Shown: positions 41,043 through 51,713, counted from the first letter of the stretch. The stretch: DNA of 64,000 nt from Candidatus Bathyarchaeota archaeon (GCA_963771885.1 CAVYVF010000007.1:64001-128000); one strand, 5' to 3'. The notes: generated from the sequence alone by a model not told the origin. Program-made: numbers and translations.

Positions 41043-42407
41043 ATGCAACCAACGGCTATGATCTCGATTGCTATCTTTGTCTTTACATTGATTCTCATGA
41101 TTAAGCAGCCTAAGGGGATTAACCTAGGTACAGCCGCGGGGATCGGTGCCGTGGCTTCGCTGCTCCTCGGGACAGTCACTCTGGAGGACGCGGTTCTTGC
41201 CTTCGACGATATATGGAACGCTGCCCTCGCCTTCGTCGGAATCGTGACTCTCTCTGTGACCCTTGACGTGATGGGCTTCTTTAAGTGGGCAGCGCTCAGA
41301 GTGGCGAGGCTGGCGAAGGGGAGCGGAGTCAGGCTCTATCTATACGTGGCGCTCCTGGCCGCGGCTGTCAGCATACTATTCGCGAACGACAGCGCCGTCC
41401 TCATTCTCACACCACTCGTGCTGGAGATCGTCCAGCAGCTCAAGTTGGAGATGAACGGCAAGCTGGCGTACCTCTTCGCCGCGGGGCTAATAGCCGACAC
41501 CGCCGCCATGCCCCTGATAACGAGCAACCCCGTGAACATCGTGAGCGCCGACTTCTTCGGCTACACATTCATCGAGCACATGATATTCATGACCCCCGTG
41601 GCCGTGGTCACCATCGCCCTCAGCATGCTCGTAGTCTATCTCTACTTCCGCAGGGCTATACCCCGGAGCTTCGACCCTAACCTCATCGACACCCTCATAG
41701 TGAACGGGTCGGTCATACAGCCGCGTCAACTGAAGGTGAGCTTCGTGACGCTCATCGTCATAGACGTCCTCTACGTCGTGGCGAGCCTGAACGGCGTACC
41801 CGTGGGATTCGTCATCTTCGGCGGCGCCGTGTTCCTTCTGGGCTACTACGTCTTCACGATGAGCCACGGGCACTTGTTTGCTGAAGAAAAGAAAGGCGTT
41901 ATTTTCATCCTAAGGAGGGTGAACTGGGACATACTCGTCTTCATGGTGGGCATCCTACTCGTCGTCCAGGGGCTGAGGCATGCCGGAGCTATCCAATTCT
42001 ATGCCGACGCCTTCGCCTGGTGCCTGACTCTGCCCTCCATCCTACCTGCGCTCGTCCCGAGCCTCGTGGTGACTGTGAGCGCGAGCGCCATGAACAACTG
42101 GCCCATGACGATGCTCGGGCTCCTAAGCGTCGAGCAGTCGGCGGCGAGCTACGCCCTCAACGCGTCTGGGCAGACGGTGCTCATCTTCGCCAATATAATC
42201 GGGAACAATCTTGGTCCCCACTTCTTCCCCATCGGCAGCCTAGCAATACTCATGTGGCTCAACACAATGAAGAGCAAGGGCCTCAACATTCGCCTCGTCG
42301 ACTACCTTCGCGTTGGCTCTGTCCTCAGCATCGTTGAAGTCTTCGCCGCGGCGGTCATACTGTGGTTCGAGGTCTACGTTCTGAATTGGACACTCGCCCT
42401 CGGTTGA
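41043..42407 (+). CDS. arsB: ArsB/NhaD-family membrane transporter (arsenite efflux-like)
   Basis: FANDSAVLILTP, ADTAAMPLITSNPVN, MNNWP, GNNLGP...GSLAILMW. Confidence 0.8.
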   Translation: MQPTAMISIAIFVFTLILMIKQPKGINLGTAAGIGAVASLLLGTVTLEDAVLAFDDIWNAALAFVGIVTLSVTLDVMGFFKWAALRVARLAKGSGVRLYLYVALLAAAVSILFANDSAVLILTPLVLEIVQQLKLEMNGKLAYLFAAGLIADTAAMPLITSNPVNIVSADFFGYTFIEHMIFMTPVAVVTIALSMLVVYLYFRRAIPRSFDPNLIDTLIVNGSVIQPRQLKVSFVTLIVIDVLYVVASLNGVPVGFVIFGGAVFLLGYYVFTMSHGHLFAEEKKGVIFILRRVNWDILVFMVGILLVVQGLRHAGAIQFYADAFAWCLTLPSILPALVPSLVVTVSASAMNNWPMTMLGLLSVEQSAASYALNASGQTVLIFANIIGNNLGPHFFPIGSLAILMWLNTMKSKGLNIRLVDYLRVGSVLSIVEVFAAAVILWFEVYVLNWTLALG

Positions 42408-42481
42408 GCAACCGGTAAGCGGAAATAAACGTAAGCCCGAAGTGTACTCATGCGGGCACCCGTGGGAGAGGTTTTATCGCC

Positions 42482-43150
42482 GTGGGTGTAGCCGACGCTC
42501 TTCGCGGTCTCAAGGTGAAGTATGGGCCTCTTACATCGGATAAGCGGTTCATAGCCGGCGAGATTGCACTTGTCGTCGCCCTAAACCTCCTAAGGTGGAT
42601 TGAGCCCTTCGGCACACTCATCGTAGGTTGGGCCTCTCTCTGGCTCAGGGGCATGACTTGGAGGGACGTCGGCCTCGTAAATCCGAAGAGTTGGAAAAGG
42701 ACCCTCATCATCTCGGCGGTCCTTACCGTGGTCGTCCTCGTCTTCTCGTTAGCAGTCTCCAACATCATCTACGGGTTGACAGGCGAGCTGCCCGACACGA
42801 GTGTTTTCGAAATAGTCAAGGGCAACTACTACATACTTGCCTTCCTCGTCGTCGGGGTCATCTCGTGGGCGGGTTTCCCCGAGGAGCTTGCTTACAGGGG
42901 GTACTTCTTCAACAGGCTAACAGACCTCTTCGGTGGAAATCGCCTTGGCCTCGTCCTGAGCGCCGCCGCATCCTCGGTGATCTTCGGCTGGGGCCACTGG
43001 TACGAGGGAGTCAACGCCGTGATCACGACGAGCCTCATGGCGCTCGTCTTCGTCACAATCTACCTATTCAGCAAGAAAAACATCTGGTCGATGATAATCA
43101 TACACTCGGCGTACGACGTCATCGCAATACTCCTCTACTTCTACGCCTAG
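42482..43150 (+). CDS. CPBP (CAAX/Abi) intramembrane glutamic protease
   Basis: EELAYRG, FGWGH, H..YD. Confidence 0.88.
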   Translation: MGVADALRGLKVKYGPLTSDKRFIAGEIALVVALNLLRWIEPFGTLIVGWASLWLRGMTWRDVGLVNPKSWKRTLIISAVLTVVVLVFSLAVSNIIYGLTGELPDTSVFEIVKGNYYILAFLVVGVISWAGFPEELAYRGYFFNRLTDLFGGNRLGLVLSAAASSVIFGWGHWYEGVNAVITTSLMALVFVTIYLFSKKNIWSMIIIHSAYDVIAILLYFYA

Positions 43151-43455
43151 TGCTTCATCCAGAACCTTTCGTCGCTCATCGTCAGGAACCGTATCCCCTC
43201 GAAGAGGCCGAGCACGCCTGGTACTATAGTCCAGAAGAAGACAAGGTAGACGATGCCCTGCCAGTACTGCCTTAGGTAGAATTTATGGAAGCCCAGCAAG
43301 CCGAACATCACGGCGAGCAGCCCCGCCGTTACCCTGTCCTTGTGCTTCACGAAGAGGAGGTTGCGGGCTCCGCAGGCGGGGCAGAACCTCGTGTTGTTTG
43401 GGAAGCGGTGGCTGCAGTTGAGGCAGTAGACGAGTTCCTCACCTTCAGCCGCCAT
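43147..43455 (-). CDS. Zinc-ribbon + TM2 domain protein
   Basis: CLNC...FCPACG; AGLLAVMFGLLGFHKFYL. Confidence 0.88.
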   Translation of the reverse strand: MAAEGEELVYCLNCSHRFPNNTRFCPACGARNLLFVKHKDRVTAGLLAVMFGLLGFHKFYLRQYWQGIVYLVFFWTIVPGVLGLFEGIRFLTMSDERFWMKH

Positions 43456-43498
43456 GGTGGTTAATCATCGTCGATTATGAATAAAGCCATCGTAGGAT

Positions 43499-44572
43499 CT
43501 AGAAGTACCTCTTCGCCCTGAGGTACTCGGCCGACTGTACGGCTCCACCGCCTGCGCCTTTGTCGAGGTTGTCGCTTGTCACGATGTAAGCGAGGCCGTT
43601 CTTGAAGACGGGGTCTTTTCTGAGTCGCCCGACGAGGGTGACTTCTCCCCCGTACTTCCTGTGGAGTTTCGGCTGGGGCATCTCAGGCTCGTCGAAGACC
43701 TTTATTGTCTTCTCGGGCATCGAGGGGAGGTTGAGCTTCTGCGCCTCACTCATATACTCCTCCAGAACCTTCTTCGCCTCCTCGGCGCTGCACGGTTTCT
43801 TCGTGTCGACGTAGACTGCCTCCGTGTGGACAGTCTGGACGTCGACGCGCGTACAAGTGGCTCCCACGACTATCCCCGCGCTTTTCACGCCGTTCCCGGA
43901 CAACTTGCCGAGTATCTTGTTCGTCTCCTTCTCCACCTTACTCTCCTCGCCATCGATGTAGGGAAGCACGTTCCTCGTTGCACTCTCCCTGTAGGGCGAG
44001 TCGATGCGTAGCCCCTTCTCGCCCGCGCCGCTGAGCGATTGCTCCGAGACGACATGGATGGCTCTGACACCAAACGAGTCAATGAGGGGCTTGAGGCTCA
44101 CGACCAGGCCCACGGTTGTGCAGTTCGGCCCTGGACAGATGAATCCCTCCCAGCCCCGCTTATTCATCTGGAACTTCAGCAGTTTGGCGTGTTTCGGGTT
44201 CACATCGGGTAGAAAGATCGGCACGTCCGGCTCATACCGGTAGGCGGACGCGGTGCTGATGACGGGTATATTCTGGGCGTATCTCTGCTCCTGAACCTTC
44301 GCTATCTCGCTCGGCAGGGCGCTGAAGGCTAGGTCGTAGTCCTCCGGAGACGCCTTATCGACGTCCAGGACCTTCATGCCTAGAACCTTATCACACGGCG
44401 TCTTCTCGAAGAATGACGCCCCTTCGATTGCCTTCTCGTATGTCATCCCCGCCGACCTGCTCGATGCAGCGACAGCTACGAGATCGAACCAGGGATGGTT
44501 CACGAGGGACTCGACGACGTTCTGACCGGCTGCGCCGGTTGCACCAATGACAATAGCACTCTTCTTTCTCAT
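43499..44572 (-). CDS. asd: Aspartate-semialdehyde dehydrogenase (archaeal type)
   Basis: GATGAAGQ, PNCTT, QSLSGAG, YIDGEESK, CTRV. Confidence 0.9.
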   Translation of the reverse strand: MRKKSAIVIGATGAAGQNVVESLVNHPWFDLVAVAASSRSAGMTYEKAIEGASFFEKTPCDKVLGMKVLDVDKASPEDYDLAFSALPSEIAKVQEQRYAQNIPVISTASAYRYEPDVPIFLPDVNPKHAKLLKFQMNKRGWEGFICPGPNCTTVGLVVSLKPLIDSFGVRAIHVVSEQSLSGAGEKGLRIDSPYRESATRNVLPYIDGEESKVEKETNKILGKLSGNGVKSAGIVVGATCTRVDVQTVHTEAVYVDTKKPCSAEEAKKVLEEYMSEAQKLNLPSMPEKTIKVFDEPEMPQPKLHRKYGGEVTLVGRLRKDPVFKNGLAYIVTSDNLDKGAGGGAVQSAEYLRAKRYF

Positions 44573-44574
44573 GT

Positions 44575-45981
44575 CTATTCACCGAAGAACTCCTTGTAGA
44601 CGGCACCGACGGCGAGGGGTATGTCGTCGTCGGCGACGCTGAACCTGATGATGTTCTCGCTGTTTGGCTGGTTTGCCTGCTCGATGTTTACCCCCTGGCC
44701 GGCTAAGGCGCCTGTCAGCCTGCTGAAGAATCCCTTGACGCCACGCATCTCGGAGCCTATGACGCTCACGGTGCCCTTGCTGCCCTCGATCTGCTTAACC
44801 TCCATGACGCTGGGCAGGCCACCGAGAGCTCTGAGGGCGAGGTCCACGTCCTGCTTCTGGACGAGGAGGCTTATCTGCGACCCGGAGAGGGAAACGTAGC
44901 GGACGTCGACGCCAGCGCCGGCGAGTGCGCCGAATATCTCAGCGTGCACCTCCGTCGGCAGCACCGACTGGGTGGGAAGAAGCCGGACTCCGTAGAGGTT
45001 CCTCTGGAAGCTCACTGCCTTTGGATGGCCGCTTCCAGAGCCTCCGTTCTCGGGCCCGATCACAGTTCCCTCACCTGGGGACCCGATACTCTTGAGCTGC
45101 AGTTTAATGCCGCCTCGCATAAGCGGGTCGAGGACTTTGAAGTGGACGACCTTCGTCCTCTCCTCGCGTAGCAGTTCGGATGCCTCGACGTAACTCATGT
45201 AGGGAATTAGGCTTGGCCTCGGCACCGCGCCGATGCGGTTTTTGACCTCCGGCTTCTCCAACTCGGAGACGAACTTTGGGTCGAGGCTCATTATGCCCCC
45301 CTCGTCCACGAACTTGACGAGCTTCTTGACCCCTAGGCAGTAGGCGAGGCAGGCAGCCGTGTCGTCGGTGCCGCCTCGCCCGAAGATGGTAATAAGGCCA
45401 GAGCCGCTGCGCCCCGCGAAGCCGGCGATGACAGGCACGACGCCCTCCTCGATGCAGGGCATTAGCTGCTCCTCCACCCTGAGCCTCGTGCGCTCAAGGT
45501 TCACGGCGGCCTCCCTGCTGTTCTCGTCGGTAACCAGCAGGTCCTCCCCGTAGAAGCATCTGCTCCTGATGCCGCGCGCCTCGAGTTGCGCTGAGATGAG
45601 GCGCATCACGAAGTTCTCGCCTCTGCTCACCGTGTAGGCGTAGACTGAGTCGCCCAACTCGCCAGAGCTGCGCACGTAGCTGAGCACGTGCTCCAGCTTC
45701 TCGAATTCCCTACGCAGGGGCTCCGCATCCACACCGGCTGGGAGGGATGAGACATGCTCCTTAAGGAGCGACTCTGTGAAGGCGTGCGGCTCGAATCCCT
45801 CAACCCTGACCTGGCTGAGGGCCTGGATGATCCTGTCGGTGACGCCTTTCATGGCGGAGACGACGCATACGGGGACCTTACCCGCGTCCAGCTCGGATTG
45901 TGCGACGTCGACTATCCTGCCGAGGTCCTCGCTGCCGCGAAGTATGGAGCCGCCTAGCTTGTATACGACGATGTCCATCAA
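44575..45981 (-). CDS. lysC: Aspartate kinase with ACT domains (divergent)
   Basis: KLGGS, VVSAMKGVTD, SRGE, GRGGTD, MSYVEA; operon context. Confidence 0.82.
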   Translation of the reverse strand: MMDIVVYKLGGSILRGSEDLGRIVDVAQSELDAGKVPVCVVSAMKGVTDRIIQALSQVRVEGFEPHAFTESLLKEHVSSLPAGVDAEPLRREFEKLEHVLSYVRSSGELGDSVYAYTVSRGENFVMRLISAQLEARGIRSRCFYGEDLLVTDENSREAAVNLERTRLRVEEQLMPCIEEGVVPVIAGFAGRSGSGLITIFGRGGTDDTAACLAYCLGVKKLVKFVDEGGIMSLDPKFVSELEKPEVKNRIGAVPRPSLIPYMSYVEASELLREERTKVVHFKVLDPLMRGGIKLQLKSIGSPGEGTVIGPENGGSGSGHPKAVSFQRNLYGVRLLPTQSVLPTEVHAEIFGALAGAGVDVRYVSLSGSQISLLVQKQDVDLALRALGGLPSVMEVKQIEGSKGTVSVIGSEMRGVKGFFSRLTGALAGQGVNIEQANQPNSENIIRFSVADDDIPLAVGAVYKEFFGE

Positions 45982-45993
45982 ATCAGCTCCGGG

Positions 45994-47259
45994 TTACTTT
46001 AGTATCCTCCGGAGGGAGGTGGACACCGCCCCGTCCTCGAGGCGTGTCGGCGCGTTCGGGTGCTTCCCCGAGACGCCCTTCAGCTTGCCCGTGTGGTACC
46101 CGATAGTCGCGTCCGAGTCCTTCAATAGGTTCCCCGTAAGGATGCAGACGACATCATCGTCGGGTTTTATCACGCCCTTGGAGGCGAGCTTTCTTACGCC
46201 AGCAACGGAGGCGGCGGAGGCGGGCTCGCAGCCCACGCCACTCGCGTCGACGACGGCCTTCGCCTCCATTATCTCGGAGTCGGAGACGTAGTCGACGACA
46301 CCCTCGGTCTCCCTGATGACCCTGATCGCCTTCTCCCAGCTGACGGGGTTGCCTATCTTTATCGCGGTTGCTACGGTCTCGGGCTTCACCGACTCTAGGC
46401 TCGATGCGCCGCTCTCCCACATCTTGTAGAAAGGCGATGCACCTTCAGCCTGTATCGAAGCGATGCGCGGCACCTTCTCTATCCAGCCGAGCTCGACGAG
46501 CTCTAGTAGCGCCTTGCCGAAGGCCGAGGTATTGCCGAGATTCCCCGCGGGGACGACCACCCAGTCGGGTGACTCCCAGCCGCGCTGGTGGAGGAGCTCA
46601 AACATTATGCTCTTCTGCCCCTCGACGCGCCACGGGTTTATCGAGTTGAGTAGGTAGAGGCCGAGCTCCCGGCTCGCCTCCTGAACGATCCTCATCGCGT
46701 CGTCGAAGCTGCCGGGGACCTGCACGACCTTCGAGCCGTAAGCCATCGCCTGGCTGAGCTTTCCGTAGCTTATCTCCCCCTCGGGAATGAAGACGACTCC
46801 CTTAAGCCCCGCCTGCGCGGCGTAGGCTGCCATGGAGGCGCTCGTGTTGCCCGTAGAGGCGCAGGCGACCGCCTTTGCTCCTTGTCTGACGGCCTCGGAG
46901 ACTGCAACGGTCATCCCCCTGTCCTTGAAGCTGCCGGTGGGATTCTCCCCCTCGTGTTTCATGGCGAGGTTAGCCACACCGGCGAACTCGGACACTGATT
47001 TGCGGGTGTAGACGTTCGTGTTTCCCTCGGGGCGGGTGACTATCATGTTCTGGGCCAGCCCTGGGTGTATGAGCTCCTTGTAGCGCCATACGCCGCTGCT
47101 GTAGGGCACGCCCATCGGGCAGAGGCGGCTATCAACTACGCTCCTGTCCCACTTGATCGGCTCGTGGACGACCTCGAGGAGGCCGCCACACTCGCACCTG
47201 AAGACGCTACCGGGCTCGTATTCCCTGCTGCAACGTATGCATCTGAACTTGGAGGGCAT
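45994..47259 (-). CDS. thrC: Threonine synthase
   Basis: NPTGSFKDRG, ASTGNTS, NSINPWRVEGQK, PAGNLGN. Confidence 0.93.
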   Translation of the reverse strand: MPSKFRCIRCSREYEPGSVFRCECGGLLEVVHEPIKWDRSVVDSRLCPMGVPYSSGVWRYKELIHPGLAQNMIVTRPEGNTNVYTRKSVSEFAGVANLAMKHEGENPTGSFKDRGMTVAVSEAVRQGAKAVACASTGNTSASMAAYAAQAGLKGVVFIPEGEISYGKLSQAMAYGSKVVQVPGSFDDAMRIVQEASRELGLYLLNSINPWRVEGQKSIMFELLHQRGWESPDWVVVPAGNLGNTSAFGKALLELVELGWIEKVPRIASIQAEGASPFYKMWESGASSLESVKPETVATAIKIGNPVSWEKAIRVIRETEGVVDYVSDSEIMEAKAVVDASGVGCEPASAASVAGVRKLASKGVIKPDDDVVCILTGNLLKDSDATIGYHTGKLKGVSGKHPNAPTRLEDGAVSTSLRRILK

Positions 47260-48173
47260 TAGACCAGCCTCGCGCCGAAGTTGCTTGGTTTGGTAAGGTA
47301 GACCTGGGACTTGGTGTCACCGAAGGCCTCGACCATAGCTTTGCCTATCTCCACCGGGTTCTCCCCGACGGCGAAGACGCTAGGCCCGCCCCCTGAGATC
47401 GAGCAACCGTAGGCACCGGCTTGAAGTGCCGCCAGCTTCACGAGGTGGAAGTTGGGTATCATGCTCGCTCTGTGTGGCTCGATCATGCTGTCGCATATGC
47501 TTTTACCAAAGAGAATTGGGTCCTTCATCGCGACTGCGGCAGCCATGCGAGCCGCGAAGCCGATGTTGCGCACCGCGTCCTTAAGGACGACCGTCTTCGG
47601 CAGGAGCTCGCGGGCCATCTTCGTCTTGTTTGCGTACTTCACTTCCGGTACGACGACGACGAAGCCGATCTCCGGGGTCTCCATCCTGACGATGTCGTAT
47701 CCGTCGCCGACGAGTATGAAGCCGCCGAAGAGGCTAGCCGAGACGTTGTCGGCGTGCGCACTGCCTGCGACAGCCGCCTCGCCTTGGGCCGCTAGCTTCA
47801 CAAGCTCCCTCTGGGGGAGCATATAACCCATCAGCTTCTGAGCGGCTACTGCAGCCGCGGCGGCGGATGCCCCGGAGGAACCCATACCCGTGCCGGGGGG
47901 TATCCCCTTCTCGATCTCCATCTCGACGCCCACGGAGTCGCCGATCCTGTCGAGCGCCGCGTTCATAACGGCTCCGGCGCTGTTGAGCTGCGCCTTTACT
48001 GGAATCTGGTCCGCCTCGAATCCCTTAACCTTCACACGGACACCCGGCTCAGAGACCCTTCTGACCTTGACATAGTCGCCTAGGCCATCGAGGGCGATTC
48101 CGAAAACATCGAATCCGGGTCCGAGGTTAGCGATAGAAGCGGGAGCGTAAACTTTAATCTGTTTGATGGTCAC
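47259..48173 (-). CDS. thrB: Homoserine kinase
   Basis: PASIANLGPGFD, GMGSSGAS, HADN, SGGGPS. Confidence 0.94.
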   Translation of the reverse strand: MTIKQIKVYAPASIANLGPGFDVFGIALDGLGDYVKVRRVSEPGVRVKVKGFEADQIPVKAQLNSAGAVMNAALDRIGDSVGVEMEIEKGIPPGTGMGSSGASAAAAAVAAQKLMGYMLPQRELVKLAAQGEAAVAGSAHADNVSASLFGGFILVGDGYDIVRMETPEIGFVVVVPEVKYANKTKMARELLPKTVVLKDAVRNIGFAARMAAAVAMKDPILFGKSICDSMIEPHRASMIPNFHLVKLAALQAGAYGCSISGGGPSVFAVGENPVEIGKAMVEAFGDTKSQVYLTKPSNFGARLV

Positions 48174-48332
48174 CCATCACTCTTACACCTGGACAGCACA
48201 TTGGACGTGGCTCACCCTTTTTAACCTTTACGGGATATGCTCGGGTTACACACTGACGCGCCTTGGCCCGGGTGACCTGCCCACCAACGTTTTTAAGCCC
48301 CCTCGTACCCACACAGATGAAGGTGCAAGATT

Positions 48333-48554
48333 TTGGAGAAGGCAGAAGTACAGAAGGCACTCAACGATGTGCGCCCACAGCTCCAGATGGACGGCGGAGA
48401 CGTAGAGCTAGTAGACATAGTTGACGGCGTCGTCAAGGTTAAGCTCAAGGGCCACTGCGCAGGCTGCCCCATGAGCCAGATGACTATCAAGTGGGGCGTA
48501 GAGCAGTACCTAAAGAAGAAGGTCCCCGGCGTCAAGGCCGTCGAATCCGTATAG
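48333..48554 (+). CDS. NifU/NfuA C-terminal domain protein
   Basis: VRPQLQMDGGDVEL...GHCAGCPMS. Confidence 0.92.
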   Translation: MEKAEVQKALNDVRPQLQMDGGDVELVDIVDGVVKVKLKGHCAGCPMSQMTIKWGVEQYLKKKVPGVKAVESV

Positions 48555-48624
48555 AAGGGAGTAAACCAAAACGATAGCAAGTGACCTGGAATCCTGCAAG
48601 GACTACGGGGACATCTTCGCCCTC

Positions 48625-49035
48625 GTGAAGCGGAGCGTAAAGAAGACCCTAGGTCTGCATAGAGTCGGTTTGATGTTGCTTCTCGGTAACCTACCCATGA
48701 ACGTTGGGGCTTTTCACCCGATGGGGACAAACGAGATTGTTCTCAACAGGCGCCTCATCAAGGGGAAGACCGGTATGAGCGAGCGCAGTCACGTCTATGC
48801 TATACTGCTGCACGAGTACCTGCACAGCCTAGGGTACGAGGACGAGGCGCACGTCAGGAAGATGACCTACAAGGTATGCCTCGAGACCTTCGGCAGGGGC
48901 AGTCCGGTAGTCGATGCCGCCCTTACGGGGCCGTGGGCTGATCTTACAGAGGAAGATTTTGAGCAGATCGAGCCCGAGCTTAACCTCGAGTTAGTAAGAA
49001 ACTTCGAGAGACCCGATAGCGGCTACATCATCTAG
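48625..49035 (+). CDS. Small zincin-like (HExxH) hypothetical protein; start may lie ~50 nt upstream
   Basis: LLHEYLHSLG. Confidence 0.7.
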   Translation: MKRSVKKTLGLHRVGLMLLLGNLPMNVGAFHPMGTNEIVLNRRLIKGKTGMSERSHVYAILLHEYLHSLGYEDEAHVRKMTYKVCLETFGRGSPVVDAALTGPWADLTEEDFEQIEPELNLELVRNFERPDSGYII

Positions 49036-49183
49036 CCGTCTAAACCTCTTTTATAGGCACTTTAAGCGTTTCAGCTTTTGTCGAATCCCATAGGGTAGTT
49101 GAAGACCGTGTCGTGTGCGCTGACACGGTTACTCGGATACAAATTATATACCAAAAAGCGATTTTCGGAATCTTAAATTTTGA

Positions 49184-49633
49184 TCAAACCGGCACACTTA
49201 CAACTTTCGAGTCTATCACCCACACGCCCTCATCATGCAATAATTCATATGTTACAAACATATTCCAACCCTTATAATGACTGTTTAAAGATGTAGAAAT
49301 ACTAACGCGACAGCCTTCACCCCAGCCTCTGATTGATGCATAATCGAATTGAATCGCATAAATCGAGACCGATGTATCCCACGAACTAAGCTCATCCATA
49401 GTAATAAGCACCAGCGGAACACCGCTTACTGATTGAGGCAGGGTTAAACCAGTTATCTGCGGAGAGGATACAACCAGAAGACTTCCCTCAACTGGGTCGT
49501 CCCTCATCCTGTCTTCAAGTACAACCCTGATAGCTTCTGATTTGTTCACAATATTCAAATTATAGTCGAAAATAGCGATAGCGATAATTATGATGGCGAG
49601 GATGGCGGCTATGGACAGAATTGCCCGCCTCAT
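49184..49633 (-). CDS. Hypothetical exported protein
   Basis: N-terminal signal/TM segment. Confidence 0.6.
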   Translation of the reverse strand: MRRAILSIAAILAIIIIAIAIFDYNLNIVNKSEAIRVVLEDRMRDDPVEGSLLVVSSPQITGLTLPQSVSGVPLVLITMDELSSWDTSVSIYAIQFDYASIRGWGEGCRVSISTSLNSHYKGWNMFVTYELLHDEGVWVIDSKVVSVPV

Positions 49634-49706
49634 GTATCAGAATGAACTGAAGCCGGTGTATAATACTTCCCCTCATAGTTTAGCCAAAAAAACCAACGCA
49701 TTTCCT

Positions 49707-50291
49707 TCATCTTACCATGTTACGCACTCGTATTAGGAAAGGTGTCAGTGGCTCGCTCCTAATCGACAACTCAGACGAGTTCTGAGGATTCAAAGACGCA
49801 ACCGTGTAGACTCTTTCCTCATAGACCACGTATCTCGTATACTCGCCCCCGAGGCTGTAAACCACACCCGGACCCGGCTTCTGCTCATAATGCAGAGTTA
49901 CGAAGAACACACACTCATCCCCCGGCTGAACCACGGGGTTCCCCGCCTCACCTACTATTTGCAGGATAAGGATGAACTCGGAGCTAGTATCAACCGCCTT
50001 CAGGTAAGAGTGGACTTTAACCTCAAACACCGCACCATCAAGCAGGAGCCCTGACGGGGGCTCGGTCCGCCGAGTTACGATCCCATGTATTATTACGTCG
50101 GAATAATCGACGAGGTTGGGGAGGTCGCGTGGAATTGCCCACCATATTTGCTTTGAGTTGCTTTCTTTAAATCTGTCCGAGTAGGATGCGATTAGGGAAG
50201 AAGGATCAACATTCGGAGTAGCGTTAAGGGTGGCAATGATTGATATCACGATTAGAGCTACGGCTGATATGAGGTAGAGACGTCTTGGCAT
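49707..50291 (-). CDS. Hypothetical exported protein
   Basis: N-terminal signal/TM; LVDYSDVIIHG.V. Confidence 0.65.
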   Translation of the reverse strand: MPRRLYLISAVALIVISIIATLNATPNVDPSSLIASYSDRFKESNSKQIWWAIPRDLPNLVDYSDVIIHGIVTRRTEPPSGLLLDGAVFEVKVHSYLKAVDTSSEFILILQIVGEAGNPVVQPGDECVFFVTLHYEQKPGPGVVYSLGGEYTRYVVYEERVYTVASLNPQNSSELSIRSEPLTPFLIRVRNMVR

Positions 50292-50384
50292 CTAATCGGT
50301 TGTAGGGGGATGTTGGTTAAGGTATTTGCCATACTGAGAAATGGCGCCATTTCTATTAGGGACCTAGCAAAGTAGGTGTGTGTT

Positions 50385-51713
50385 TTACTTCACGATATTC
50401 CAGTTCATCCTATCTGTATCGGGCTCATAGAAACCCGCATAGTGCCTAGAGTCCTCAGAGTAGAACCAGACATCCATCGGAAGCGAAGCTCTATCACCAT
50501 TCCGATCAAGCCTACACCAACCACTAGCCCCATAGAGCCTACCACACACATCCGAAAATACGCCGTTAACCACCGAGGCGTTACCTGACCGAGTCTCCAA
50601 CACCGAGACAGCTATCGCCCAAGCGCTATCATACAGGAAGGCATCCTGTTCATCAATGGAGGTATACCTAGCTTTCAGACCCTCATAATGCGACGACCTG
50701 AAGGGCCTGGCAGCCGGAGTGAAAATCTTCAAGTGGTTTGCTTGGGGATTACCGAGGAACCCATCCATCTTTAGCCCAACGTGACTGTATCCGCTGAACA
50801 ACACGCAGTCGTAGAGAGGCAGGTAGTTCGCCATCTCTGTGACAATCGCCACATCCTCACCATAGGCTAGGAGCAGGATAGCTACTTGGTCGCCATCCGG
50901 ATTCAGCAGCTTGGCTGCCTCTGCCTGACGATTTGCGGATTGAAGGTAGCCGGAGAAGTCCGTCTCTTCGGCGGGGTAGCGGATCGCTTGCCCTGCGAGT
51001 GCGCCGCCCTTCGCATTCCAAGCGGTCTCAAACTGCTGAGCGACTCCGTCGCCCCACGAGTCGCCGCGTTGAATGATTATTACGGTCTTTACGCCGTAGC
51101 TCCACATGATACTGGCGAGTTGGCTTGGCAGCGTCGAGTCGGGTGGGTTCATGCGGTAAAGGCGATCATTCGGGATCGCTAGCCCATATGGGCTTGTGGA
51201 TGTTGTGCCAACTAGGAGCATGTTACGATCGTCGACATAGTTCTGGATTGTGCTCAGCATCGAGGACCAGCCCCCGCTTATGACGAGGTCTACTCCCTCC
51301 TTCTTCAACTCCTGAATCTTCGTCAGGTGTTCGCCGGGTTGTGTGCTTACTACGTCCGGGATTACGAATTGGAATGTGACGTTGTATCCCAGTTTACTCG
51401 CGTATGCGTTCAAGTCGGGTTGAACTATTTCGTTGATGAATGGTGTCGTTAGTTCTCTATCGGTCAGGGATGAGGCTAGGTATCCTATCTTTACTGTGCC
51501 TAGGTTGGAGGCGTTATGGAGGGCTCTGTCAAGTATCTGGTTCTGTCGTGTGACGTTGGCGTTGAGGTTGATCTGTTCCTGAAGTTGGGGTTCTAATGTT
51601 TTTCGTGAGTTGTCGTAGCCCGTCTGATATCCGAAGTATAGACCTCCTGCTATTGATACGGCTATTAGGATGATTATTACTCCGAATACAGTCGTTTTTA
51701 CTTGATTCATCAA
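50385..51713 (-). CDS. Membrane-anchored LivK-type (branched-chain amino acid) substrate-binding protein
   Basis: N-term TM; STSP, LYRMNPPD, GDSWGDG, YDSAW, LDRNGDR. Confidence 0.82.
   Translation of the reverse strand: MMNQVKTTVFGVIIILIAVSIAGGLYFGYQTGYDNSRKTLEPQLQEQINLNANVTRQNQILDRALHNASNLGTVKIGYLASSLTDRELTTPFINEIVQPDLNAYASKLGYNVTFQFVIPDVVSTQPGEHLTKIQELKKEGVDLVISGGWSSMLSTIQNYVDDRNMLLVGTTSTSPYGLAIPNDRLYRMNPPDSTLPSQLASIMWSYGVKTVIIIQRGDSWGDGVAQQFETAWNAKGGALAGQAIRYPAEETDFSGYLQSANRQAEAAKLLNPDGDQVAILLLAYGEDVAIVTEMANYLPLYDCVLFSGYSHVGLKMDGFLGNPQANHLKIFTPAARPFRSSHYEGLKARYTSIDEQDAFLYDSAWAIAVSVLETRSGNASVVNGVFSDVCGRLYGASGWCRLDRNGDRASLPMDVWFYSEDSRHYAGFYEPDTDRMNWNIVK

Noticed and set aside
48270..48290. 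CCTGCCCACCA as an att duplicate of the tRNA-Val 3' end
   Set aside because: Only a short gapped match, and no integrase in the window.
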